Positions 20,179-27,684 of a stretch of DNA of 64,000 nucleotides are shown piece after piece. Position 1 is the first letter of the stretch; the number at the start of each line of letters is the position of its first letter. The stretch spans positions 27,776 to 91,775 of the forward strand of contig CAZDHE010000001.1 of the NCBI GenBank assembly GCA_964505305.1. The letters run 5' to 3'. The stretch comes from an uncultured Bdellovibrionales bacterium. Its GTDB lineage: Bacteria > Patescibacteriota > Minisyncoccia > Moranbacterales > DUUL01. The translations under genes and the position numbers were made by a program. Under the pieces are notes generated by a model. It saw nothing but the letters and a program-made list of their open reading frames with translations, was not told the origin of the DNA and ran no database searches.

Positions 20179-21396
20179 ATGAATACGTATCCTGATTTAG
20201 ATCAAAAAGAAGAAAAAAAATCTCCCGAGAATCAAGAGGGGGATAGGCCGGTTAATTTTCAAGAAGAAGAAACAAATGAAAAGAAGAAGTGGTTTATTTT
20301 TGCCGGGATTTTAATTTTAATTTTGGGAACAGCTTGGTGGTTTACCAGGGGAGATGATTCTGAAGACAATAAGTTGATAGAGGTCAACAATGGAGGAGAT
20401 GTGTCTAAGCAATCACCTCAAAATAATGGGGAAGTGAGTCCCATTTCCGGTTTAGCTTGTGAGAATTGGAATCGCCGTCCCATGGCTGTAATGCAACCGG
20501 CTGACGAGCAAGCCAGGCCGATGGCCGGAATTTCCGAAGCAGATATGGTGGTGGAAATGCCGGTTTTAACTACCGGATTTACTCGTTTGATGTCTGTTTA
20601 TGTTTGCGGAAATCCTCCGGAGGTGGGTTCTATGAGAAGCGCTCGACCGGATTTTGTTCACTTAGCCAAAGGAATGGATGCCATCTTCACTCATTGGGGA
20701 AGAGCAGAGTTGGATTCCTTTGTAAATAACCTAAACAGCGGAGTTATTGATAATTTAAATTGCAACAGTGATGCCGGAAAATCAGCCGGGCAGTGTTGTT
20801 TTAGAAAAGAAGGAATGAGCAGGGGGGTAGATAGCGGTTATGCCAAGTTTGACGAGCTCTTAAGCTGCGCGGAGGAATTTGGATATAGGACGGAGAATAG
20901 GTTTTCCGGATATCCCCACCAAGAAGAAACTTCTGAAGATCAGAGGCCGGAAAAAGGCAGTTTAGAGATAGGATATCCCGGTGATTTAAAAGTTTATTAT
21001 GACTATAAAAAAGAAAACAATCATTATGTTCGCTACTGGGGAGGAGAAAAGCAGGTGGATAGAAATAATAATGAAACGATAAACCCCAAAAATGTGGCAG
21101 TTTTAATTGCCAAAGATGAAAATATGGAAGAAGACCCGCATTACAACAATGTTCAATTGGGTGACCCCTGGTATGACAACGTTAGTTCCGGAGAGGCCTA
21201 TTTTTACCTCAACGGCCAAGAAATAAAAGGAGAATGGAGCAAAGATAATTCCAAGGCTGAATCCAAGTTAATGCTTTTAGATGAAAACGGAAGCGAAATC
21301 AAATTTGTCCCGGGACAAATTTGGCTGGAAGTGATTTATCCCAATATGAAATTGGACTGGGATAAGGAAGTGACTGCTATTGAAGATATGGAATAA
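20179..21396 (+). CDS. DUF3048 (YerB-like) membrane-anchored protein
   Basis: 405 aa. TM anchor followed by RRPMAVMQPADEQARPMAGISEADMVVEMPV..TRLMSVY..VGSMRSARPDF, the typical DUF3048 pattern. Confidence 0.65.
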   Translation: MNTYPDLDQKEEKKSPENQEGDRPVNFQEEETNEKKKWFIFAGILILILGTAWWFTRGDDSEDNKLIEVNNGGDVSKQSPQNNGEVSPISGLACENWNRRPMAVMQPADEQARPMAGISEADMVVEMPVLTTGFTRLMSVYVCGNPPEVGSMRSARPDFVHLAKGMDAIFTHWGRAELDSFVNNLNSGVIDNLNCNSDAGKSAGQCCFRKEGMSRGVDSGYAKFDELLSCAEEFGYRTENRFSGYPHQEETSEDQRPEKGSLEIGYPGDLKVYYDYKKENNHYVRYWGGEKQVDRNNNETINPKNVAVLIAKDENMEEDPHYNNVQLGDPWYDNVSSGEAYFYLNGQEIKGEWSKDNSKAESKLMLLDENGSEIKFVPGQIWLEVIYPNMKLDWDKEVTAIEDME

Positions 21397-21413
21397 AAAA
21401 ATAATCGAAAAAG

Positions 21414-22367
21414 ATGATTTATTTCTTATTCGGCGAAGAGGGTTTTTCGTTGCAAGAGAGGGTGACGGTGATTAAAAAGAATTTCCTGAAAAAAAATTCC
21501 CTCGCCGGAGTGGATGTTTTTGTGGTTAAGGAGGATGATTTAAGTCAAGTAGGAAAGAGCCTTTCTTTTGGGGGAGGGCTCTTTTCTCAAAAAAAACTTG
21601 TTGTTATCAAGAATATTTTTGAAGCGAATATCTCCGAACAGGATTATTTGTTGAAATTACTGGAAGAGGTGGCTGAAAGAGAAGAGTTGGAAATAATTTT
21701 AACCTTTTCCGGAAAGCCGAGAAAAAACAGCAAACTGTTCAAGTTTTTACAAAAAAAAGCTCAGGTGGAGGAGTTTAAGTTTTTGAGTTTCGCGGAGATT
21801 GGAAATTGGATAGACAGAAAAGTTCAAGAAAAATCAGGCGGTAACTTGAGGATAAATTTAGAAGTGAAGAAAAATTTAGAAGTTAGCTTTGGTAAGGATT
21901 TATGGAGGTTAAACGGAGAATTGGAAAAACTGGTTGCTTTTAAGCAAGAAGGAGAAATAACCAAAGTTGATTGGGAAGCGCTTTGCCAGGAATCAACGGA
22001 AGTAAAAATTTTTGATTTTGTGGATGCTCTTGGAGTTAGGAACAAAGAGAAAGCGGTTGAAATGCTTTCAAGTTTAATGAAGAACAAAGAAGATGCTTTT
22101 TATATTTTTTCAATGATTGTTTATCAGGTTAGGAATTTAGCCAAAGTTGACTATTGCCGGAGAAAGGGCTGCCAAGATCAAAATTCAATTGCCGGGGAGA
22201 CAGGACTTCATCCTTTCGTGGTCAAGAAGACTTTAAGTCAATTAAGAAGTTTCAGATTAACCGAAATTAAGAGGATTTACAATTTTTGCAGCGAACTTGA
22301 TTTATTTGTTAAGACGGGAAGAATGGAAATGAAAGATGCTTTAAAAGATTTGGTGGTTAGGATGTAA
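21414..22367 (+). CDS. holA: DNA polymerase III delta subunit
   Basis: 317 aa. Starts IYFLFGEE, with domain layout and length typical of HolA. Confidence 0.7.
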   Translation: MIYFLFGEEGFSLQERVTVIKKNFLKKNSLAGVDVFVVKEDDLSQVGKSLSFGGGLFSQKKLVVIKNIFEANISEQDYLLKLLEEVAEREELEIILTFSGKPRKNSKLFKFLQKKAQVEEFKFLSFAEIGNWIDRKVQEKSGGNLRINLEVKKNLEVSFGKDLWRLNGELEKLVAFKQEGEITKVDWEALCQESTEVKIFDFVDALGVRNKEKAVEMLSSLMKNKEDAFYIFSMIVYQVRNLAKVDYCRRKGCQDQNSIAGETGLHPFVVKKTLSQLRSFRLTEIKRIYNFCSELDLFVKTGRMEMKDALKDLVVRM

Positions 22368-22578
22368 TATTTTCGGATTTGATAAAAAATAATAAAACTC
22401 CAATAATCTCGTAAAATTACTTTTCAATAATGGGACAGTTAAATTAAGAACTAAACATTTAAAGTGTAAATGCTTTTTTAATGGATTGTTTGCCGTTCGG
22501 GGGTTTCAAATAGAGTGAAACCAAAAACACCCGAATATTCTTCGGTTTTTTGGGTTAGCTTTTAGATTTTTTCGTGTC

Positions 22579-22959
22579 TTAGCTATTTGACTCCTCTTCT
22601 TTTTTAGCGGAAGTTTTCTTGAAAGTTATATTGATTTGAGGTTCGTAAAGGGTGTTGTAATTATCCTTGACTTCTATGCTCTCCCCGTTAATTAAATTGT
22701 TCATAGCAATATCGGAGAGCATTTGTTTGAGTTCTTTTTGTTTTTCTTTCAATTCTTCCAATTGTTCAAATCTTTGACCCAGTTGGTTTTGTACCGTAGT
22801 TTCTATTTGTTTTCTTTTTTCCGTTAACTCCTTGATTTGTTCTTTTATTTCCTCATATTCTTCGGTATTAGTCAAGGCGTCTTTATACTCATCTTTTATG
22901 TCTTTTTGCTGCTTTTTAATCTCCTCTAATTGATCAAAAATTTCTTGAATGTTTTGCAT
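22579..22959 (-). CDS. Hypothetical coiled-coil protein
   Basis: 126 aa, strongly E/K/Q-rich with heptad character. No recognisable family. Confidence 0.4.
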   Translation of the reverse strand: MQNIQEIFDQLEEIKKQQKDIKDEYKDALTNTEEYEEIKEQIKELTEKRKQIETTVQNQLGQRFEQLEELKEKQKELKQMLSDIAMNNLINGESIEVKDNYNTLYEPQINITFKKTSAKKEEESNS

Positions 22960-23204
22960 TCGATTATTTTAATTTTTATAACATCAAAACAGTTTTTATT
23001 ATAGCAAGAGAGTAAAAAAATACAAGAGTTTATATCCCTGCTTGCTTTAAATAGTTTTCTCGGTTTTGAATCGCAAAGGATTAAGAGGGGCTGTTTCCAG
23101 GCGCCATTTCTATTGCAATTCCGCCTTTTTTGCTAAATTACCCAAATTTTTTTTGCCTTAGCTGAGGCTATTCTGAACACTCCGGATTGTTATTCGTTAT
23201 TTTC

Positions 23205-23368
23205 AATCTTTATTTAACGATGTTATGCGCATATAATCATTATAATTTAATAAGAACGCATTTTCCGGTTGCGGTGGCGGACTGAAGTTCGACTTCTGTA
23301 TCCACAGAAATTGAACTTCAGAGTTTTTTGCGAAAGACTAATTTAGGCAACATCAATTATTTAATTTT
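23205..23368 (+). ncRNA. Copy A of a two-copy intergenic element: TATAAT box plus long hairpin plus U-tract (candidate sRNA)
   Basis: Conserved blocks are shared with 37955-38158: AATCTTTATTTAA, GCGnATA..TCATTATAATTTAATAnGAAC, CTGTATC..CAGAA..CTTCAGAG.TTTT and TCAATTATTTAATTTT. The hairpin is CTGAAGTTC(23282-23290)/GAACTTCAG(23313-23321) with inner TTCTG/CAGAA, followed by T6 at 23324-23329. Confidence 0.5.
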
Positions 23369-23469
23369 GTGATTGGTAGCTAATAACCAAGAGAAAAAGA
23401 AATTCCCCTTAGTGCAACTATTTACTTTTATCAAATTTTTGGAAAAGCATAAGGTTGCTTTATCGCATA

Positions 23470-23498
23470 TTGACGAAGTTTCTTTTTTAGTTTAAACT
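23470..23498 (+). promoter_or_regulatory. Putative promoter of the tRNA cluster (TTGACG-17 nt-TAAACT)
   Basis: TTGACG at 23470-23475 and TAAACT at 23493-23498, about 30 nt upstream of the tRNA-like element. Confidence 0.4.
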
Positions 23499-23529
23499 TT
23501 TAAGAGTGCCGTTTTTAGTTTGCAAAAAT

Positions 23530-23602
23530 GCGCATAGCTCAGTTCCCGACAGGAAGAAGGCGGGCAGGGTCCGAGTCATCAACCCCGGTTTGTGTTATGC
23601 GT
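23530..23602 (+). other. tRNA-sized tRNA-Lys-derived element (acceptor-like helix, non-tRNA core)
   Basis: GCGCATAGCTCAGTT (23530-23544) is identical to nt 3-17 of the downstream tRNA-Lys(CUU). GCGCATA pairs with TATGCGT (23596-23602) over 7 bp including G.U. There is no D-stem 3' strand, anticodon arm or T arm. Confidence 0.4.
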
Positions 23603-23626
23603 GAAGTAAATTGAAAGTGAAATCAA

Positions 23627-23699
23627 GCGCGCATAGCTCAGTTGGTAGAGCAGCGGCCTCTTAAGCCGACGGTCGGGGGTTCAAATCCCTCTGCGCGTA
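23627..23699 (+). tRNA. tRNA-Lys (anticodon CTT)
   Basis: Manual cloverleaf. Acceptor GCGCGCA/TGCGCGT (G1.U72), D arm GCTC-AGTTGGTA-GAGC, anticodon stem GCGGC/GCCGA, loop CTCTTAA, T arm GGGGG-TTCAAAT-CCCTC, discriminator A. CCA is not encoded. Confidence 0.85.
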
Positions 23700-23891
23700 C
23701 CCAATAGCTTGAAGGGTGAAAGTTTATAAAGTTTGAAAGTTTTAAATCAGGTAGAGTTAGATGTTAAAATCAAGGAGTAATTTTGCTCAAATCAAAAATT
23801 GGCATTTTTACGAGTTTTGATTATTGATAGACAAAAAAAGGGACGGAATAATTTTATTTTAGCTTTTTAGTTGTTCATTGGTTATTAATAT

Positions 23892-23914
23892 GCCCCCGTA
23901 GCTTAATTGGATAG
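23892..23914 (+). pseudogene. 5' fragment of a tRNA-Arg-like gene (equivalent to nt 1-23)
   Basis: GCCCCCGTAGCTTAATTGGATAG is 20/23 identical to nt 1-23 of the tRNA-Arg at 23936. Confidence 0.7.
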
Positions 23915-24025
23915 CCCCGCCCCTATTTTGTACATGCGCCCGTAGCTCAATCGGATAGAGCGCCTGGCTTCGGACCAGGAGGTTGTGGGTTCGAGTCCTA
24001 CCGGGCGTACAAAATAGGGGCGGGG
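23915..24025. repeat. Perfect 19-bp inverted repeat bracketing tRNA-Arg
   Basis: CCCCGCCCCTATTTTGTAC (23915-23933) is the exact reverse complement of GTACAAAATAGGGGCGGGG (24007-24025). Confidence 0.95.
23936..24009 (+). tRNA. tRNA-Arg (anticodon TCG)
   Basis: Manual cloverleaf. Acceptor GCGCCCG/CGGGCGT (G1.U72), D arm GCTC-AATCGGATA-GAGC, anticodon stem CCTGG/CCAGG, loop CTTCGGA, variable AGGTT, T arm GTGGG-TTCGAGT-CCTAC, discriminator A. Confidence 0.85.
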
Positions 24026-24064
24026 TCGGACCAGGAGGTTCTGGGTTCGAGTCCTAGTAGGCAC
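24026..24064 (+). pseudogene. 3' fragment of a tRNA-Arg-like gene (anticodon through acceptor 3' strand)
   Basis: TCGGACCAGGAGGTTCTGGGTTCGAGTCCTAG is 30/32 identical to 23970-24001. The two differences are the paired T-stem positions (G-C to C-G). It is followed by TAGGCAC. Confidence 0.7.
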
Positions 24065-24268
24065 GCAATGCGCAGAAAAACTTAAAGATTTTCGTTTAAA
24101 ACTTTGTCTAAATTTTTGATTTGGTAATAAAATGAAATTCGGTGAATGCCGGACTTATATGCGAAGCAAGCTTGGCTACCCTTTAAATATTCTGGGAGAA
24201 TTACTCAAATTTAGTCTGATGCGCTCTCAAAGAAGTACCTTTTATTTAAGTTACACAAAGGAGGAGTT

Positions 24269-24613
24269 ATGAATTACGTGGATGTTGATTTTAGAATTTA
24301 TCCAAAAAGTTTGCGGGCTAAGTTTGTTTATTCTTTCAACAGCTTGCGTGATGCTAAAAATGCAAATTTTGAATTTAAAGACTTTAGAAATCTTTTGTTT
24401 AGAATAGCCGATGAATGCCAATTGTTGAGCAGTTTTGCAGAAAAAAGGGAGGCCGTAGAAAGAAGAAGTATTCAAATTAAAAACAAGTTTGAGAATTTAA
24501 ATAATTGCCTGTTGCTTTCCGGAATGAGAAGGGACCGGCATAGGCCCATAAGTTTGCTTGAAGAAAAAGAGGAAGCATTAGTAAGGGTGGCTTTTTTCTT
24601 CTCTGACGAGTAA
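24269..24613 (+). CDS. Hypothetical protein
   Basis: 114 aa ORF with a strong Shine-Dalgarno (AAAGGAGGAG) 5-7 nt upstream and a terminator downstream. No family recognised. Confidence 0.45.
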   Translation: MNYVDVDFRIYPKSLRAKFVYSFNSLRDAKNANFEFKDFRNLLFRIADECQLLSSFAEKREAVERRSIQIKNKFENLNNCLLLSGMRRDRHRPISLLEEKEEALVRVAFFFSDE

Positions 24614-24621
24614 TGTTGTTT

Positions 24622-24653
24622 AAAGGAAGGCCATTAAAGACCTTCCTTTTTTT
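24622..24653 (+). terminator. Rho-independent terminator
   Basis: AAAGGAAGG-ccattaaaga-CCTTCCTTT followed by TTTT. Confidence 0.75.
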
Positions 24654-24757
24654 ATGTATTTTTATTTGGTATAATAAAGCTACTTAGCGTTAGCGCAATT
24701 CTCCGCATTAAGATTCTCCGTAGATTTTAATTTAAAGTCGAATATAATATAAAATAA

Positions 24758-27355
24758 ATGAAAAGCGAAAAAGAATTGAATAAAAAGAAATGGCACAGCA
24801 AAAGGACCCAAGAAGTCTTAAAAACATTGGAAGCTGATCTTGAGAATGGCTTAGAGGAGGAGGAGGCTAAAAAGAGAATCAAAAGATTTGGTAAAAACAA
24901 AATATCCAAAGATAAGCGTTTTTCAAGATTAAAGATTTTTCTGGGACAGCTTAATAGTGTTTTGATTTATATATTAATAATTGCCGCTGTCATAACTTTT
25001 TTTATGGGAAAATGGACAGATGGAGCGGTGATAAGTTTGGCGGTTATAGTGAACGCTTTTTTCGGTTATTGGGAGGAGGTTAAGGTTTCTAAAATTTTCA
25101 AAAAAATTCACTCAGCTTTAAAAACCAAGGCGATTGTTTATAGAAATGGTGTTAAAAAAGAAATTTTGCAGGAAAACTTAACTATCGGAGATATTATTGA
25201 ATTAAAAACCGGGAATAAAGTGCCGGCCGATGCCAGGGTAGTTGAAGAGGAAAATTTGCAAGTTTCCGAAGCCATTTTAACGGGGGAGTCTAATCCGTCT
25301 CGCAAGATAACCCAAGAAATGTCTCCGGAGACTTCGTTGGCTGATAGAGAGAATATGGTTTATATGGGAAGCTTGGTAGAGTCAGGAAGGGGGAAGGCGG
25401 TAATAACAGCTGTGGGAAATAAAACCGAGACCGGGAATATAGCTTCCATATTACAGCAAACCAAGGAACAAAAAAGCCCATTGCAAAAGAAAATGATTGA
25501 CTTTGGTAGAATTATTGGAGGACTAATAGGCGGTCTGTGTGTCTTGCTCTTTTTTGGGGGTATTTTAAGAGGAGAAGATCCTTTGCAAACCTTTGAGGCA
25601 GCGGTGGCTATTGCCGTGGGCGGAGTGCCGGAGTCTTTGCCGGTGGTGATGACTGTTATTTTGGCTATTGGTATGGAGAGGCTTTTGCGAAAAAAAGGAT
25701 TGGTGAGAAAAATGAACTCTGTGGAGACGCTGGGATCAACTTCCATTATTTGTTTGGATAAAACCAAAACCTTGACTCAAGGAAAAATGGAAATGGAAAA
25801 AATTGATTCTTCAAATAAGAAGGAAGCTTTTAAGGTGGCGGTTCTTTGCAACGAAGCGTATGCTGAAAATCCTAAAGATAAAGTTAAAAACTGGAAAGTT
25901 AACGGTTCCCCAACAGACAAAGCCCTTTTTTTCTCCGGCAAAGAAGAGGGACTCTATAAACATCATTTAGAGCAAGAGTCCAAAGAGATGATGAAATTGG
26001 AATTTTCTTTTGGGAATAAATTCCAGGCCAGCTTAAGAAAAGAAGAAAAAAATCATTTTATTTACGTATCCGGCGCCCCGGAAGCTGTCCTGGAGAGAGC
26101 CGGGCAAGACTCCGATTGGCAGAAAAAGTCTGAGATGATGGCTCAGGATGGTTTGCGAGTGGTTGCTTTGGCAAGAAAAAAGATTAACAAAATTCCAAAA
26201 AATAAAAAGGAATTTCTCCAAGAGGTTAGCGATTTGGAGATTTTAGGTTTGATTGGTTTCAAAGATCCTTTGCGCCCTGGAATCAAGTCAGCTATCAAAA
26301 AAGCCAGGGAGGCCGGAGTAAAGCCGATTATTATCACCGGAGATCAAAAGAAGACCGCCCAGTTCGTTGCTAAGGAAGCCGGAGTGGATTTCCAAGCTGA
26401 TCAAGTGCTGGAAGGCAGGGAGTTGGAAAAGATTTCAGACGAAAAACTTGCCCAAACAGTAGATAATTACAGAATTTATGTTAGAGTAGAACCTAAGCAC
26501 AAGATCAGAATAGTTTCAGCCTGGCAGAAAAAAGGTGAAATTGTTGCAATGGTAGGAGACGGAGTTAATGATGCGCCCGCCATTAAAAAAGCGGATATTG
26601 GCTTATCATTAGGCTCAGGAACAGAGATTGCCAAAGAGGCTTCAGATTTGGTTTTGCTTAATGATAGTTTTGAAATTATCGTGAAAGCTATTGGGGAAGG
26701 ACGAACTATTTTGGATAATTTAAGGAAGTCTATTGCCTATGTTTTAAGTGATTCCTTTGCCTCAATTATTGTGGTCGGAGCAGCCAAGATATTTTTTGGC
26801 TGGCCATTGCCAATTCTGCCGGTTCAAATTTTGTGGAATAATTTTATAGAAGACAGTTTTCCTACTATTGCTTATGCTTTTGAACCGCCGGAGAAGGGAG
26901 TTATGAAAAGAAAGCCGTCTTACAAAAAACAGCGTTTGCTAACAAAAGAGATGAAAACTTTGATTTTCTTGGTGGGTGTTATTAAACAATTTTTAGTACT
27001 TATTTTATTCTGGTTTTTGTGGGGTAAATTAAGCTGGGATCTCGATTATGTCCGCACGATTATTTTCGGGACATTTGCTTTTGATACTGCTTTTGTGATT
27101 TTTTCTTTTAAAAATTTACGTAAAAATATTTGGCAGATAAATCCTTTTTCCAATAAGTGGCTTAACGGTTCATCTTTGCTTGTTATCGCGGCTTTTTTGT
27201 CTACTATTTATATTCCTTTCTTATCTAATTTAATCCAAACAACACCTCTGGGATTAAACGGCTGGCTTATTTTATTTGGATTTGTGGGAGTCAACTTATT
27301 TCTAATAGAAAGTACCAAGTGGTTTTTTATTGCGCGCAGGCAAACAGAAAGATAA
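24758..27355 (+). CDS. P-type cation-transporting ATPase (type II, Ca2+/Mg2+-like)
   Basis: 865 aa. Contains LTGES, PESLP, the phosphorylation-site region CLDKTKTLTQ, KDPLRPG, ITGDQ and GDGVNDAPAIKKADIG, with about 10 TM segments. Confidence 0.9.
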   Translation: MKSEKELNKKKWHSKRTQEVLKTLEADLENGLEEEEAKKRIKRFGKNKISKDKRFSRLKIFLGQLNSVLIYILIIAAVITFFMGKWTDGAVISLAVIVNAFFGYWEEVKVSKIFKKIHSALKTKAIVYRNGVKKEILQENLTIGDIIELKTGNKVPADARVVEEENLQVSEAILTGESNPSRKITQEMSPETSLADRENMVYMGSLVESGRGKAVITAVGNKTETGNIASILQQTKEQKSPLQKKMIDFGRIIGGLIGGLCVLLFFGGILRGEDPLQTFEAAVAIAVGGVPESLPVVMTVILAIGMERLLRKKGLVRKMNSVETLGSTSIICLDKTKTLTQGKMEMEKIDSSNKKEAFKVAVLCNEAYAENPKDKVKNWKVNGSPTDKALFFSGKEEGLYKHHLEQESKEMMKLEFSFGNKFQASLRKEEKNHFIYVSGAPEAVLERAGQDSDWQKKSEMMAQDGLRVVALARKKINKIPKNKKEFLQEVSDLEILGLIGFKDPLRPGIKSAIKKAREAGVKPIIITGDQKKTAQFVAKEAGVDFQADQVLEGRELEKISDEKLAQTVDNYRIYVRVEPKHKIRIVSAWQKKGEIVAMVGDGVNDAPAIKKADIGLSLGSGTEIAKEASDLVLLNDSFEIIVKAIGEGRTILDNLRKSIAYVLSDSFASIIVVGAAKIFFGWPLPILPVQILWNNFIEDSFPTIAYAFEPPEKGVMKRKPSYKKQRLLTKEMKTLIFLVGVIKQFLVLILFWFLWGKLSWDLDYVRTIIFGTFAFDTAFVIFSFKNLRKNIWQINPFSNKWLNGSSLLVIAAFLSTIYIPFLSNLIQTTPLGLNGWLILFGFVGVNLFLIESTKWFFIARRQTER

Positions 27356-27684
27356 AAAACTAAAAAAATAATTTTACGAATTTAGAAAAAATTTGAAGAT
27401 TAAAGCAAAAGAAAGGGTTTGAGATTAAGAAGTAGGAGATTGGAATTTTAAATAACCAAAAAAGAAGGTTAAATTTTTGGATAAGAATCAGACAACAACA
27501 GATAAAAATACAAAATCCCGGGTTTTCGAGATACTTGAAATAAAAAATCTCATAAAATCTGGTGGCCAGATAATTATATCGGCAAGAAGTGCAAAGAAAT
27601 AATTTAAAACATAATTTAGGAACGAGAAACAAAAATAAACTTGCCCACCGGCTGAAGATCCTGATAAATCGGTCCCATCAGGCT

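Noticed and set aside
23713-23722. AGGGTGAAAG resembles a conserved RNase P RNA segment.
   Set aside because: It is only a 10-mer. The P4 strands (GAGGAAAGTCC.. / ..ACAGAA..) are absent nearby, and the surrounding sequence is low-complexity GAAAGT repeats.
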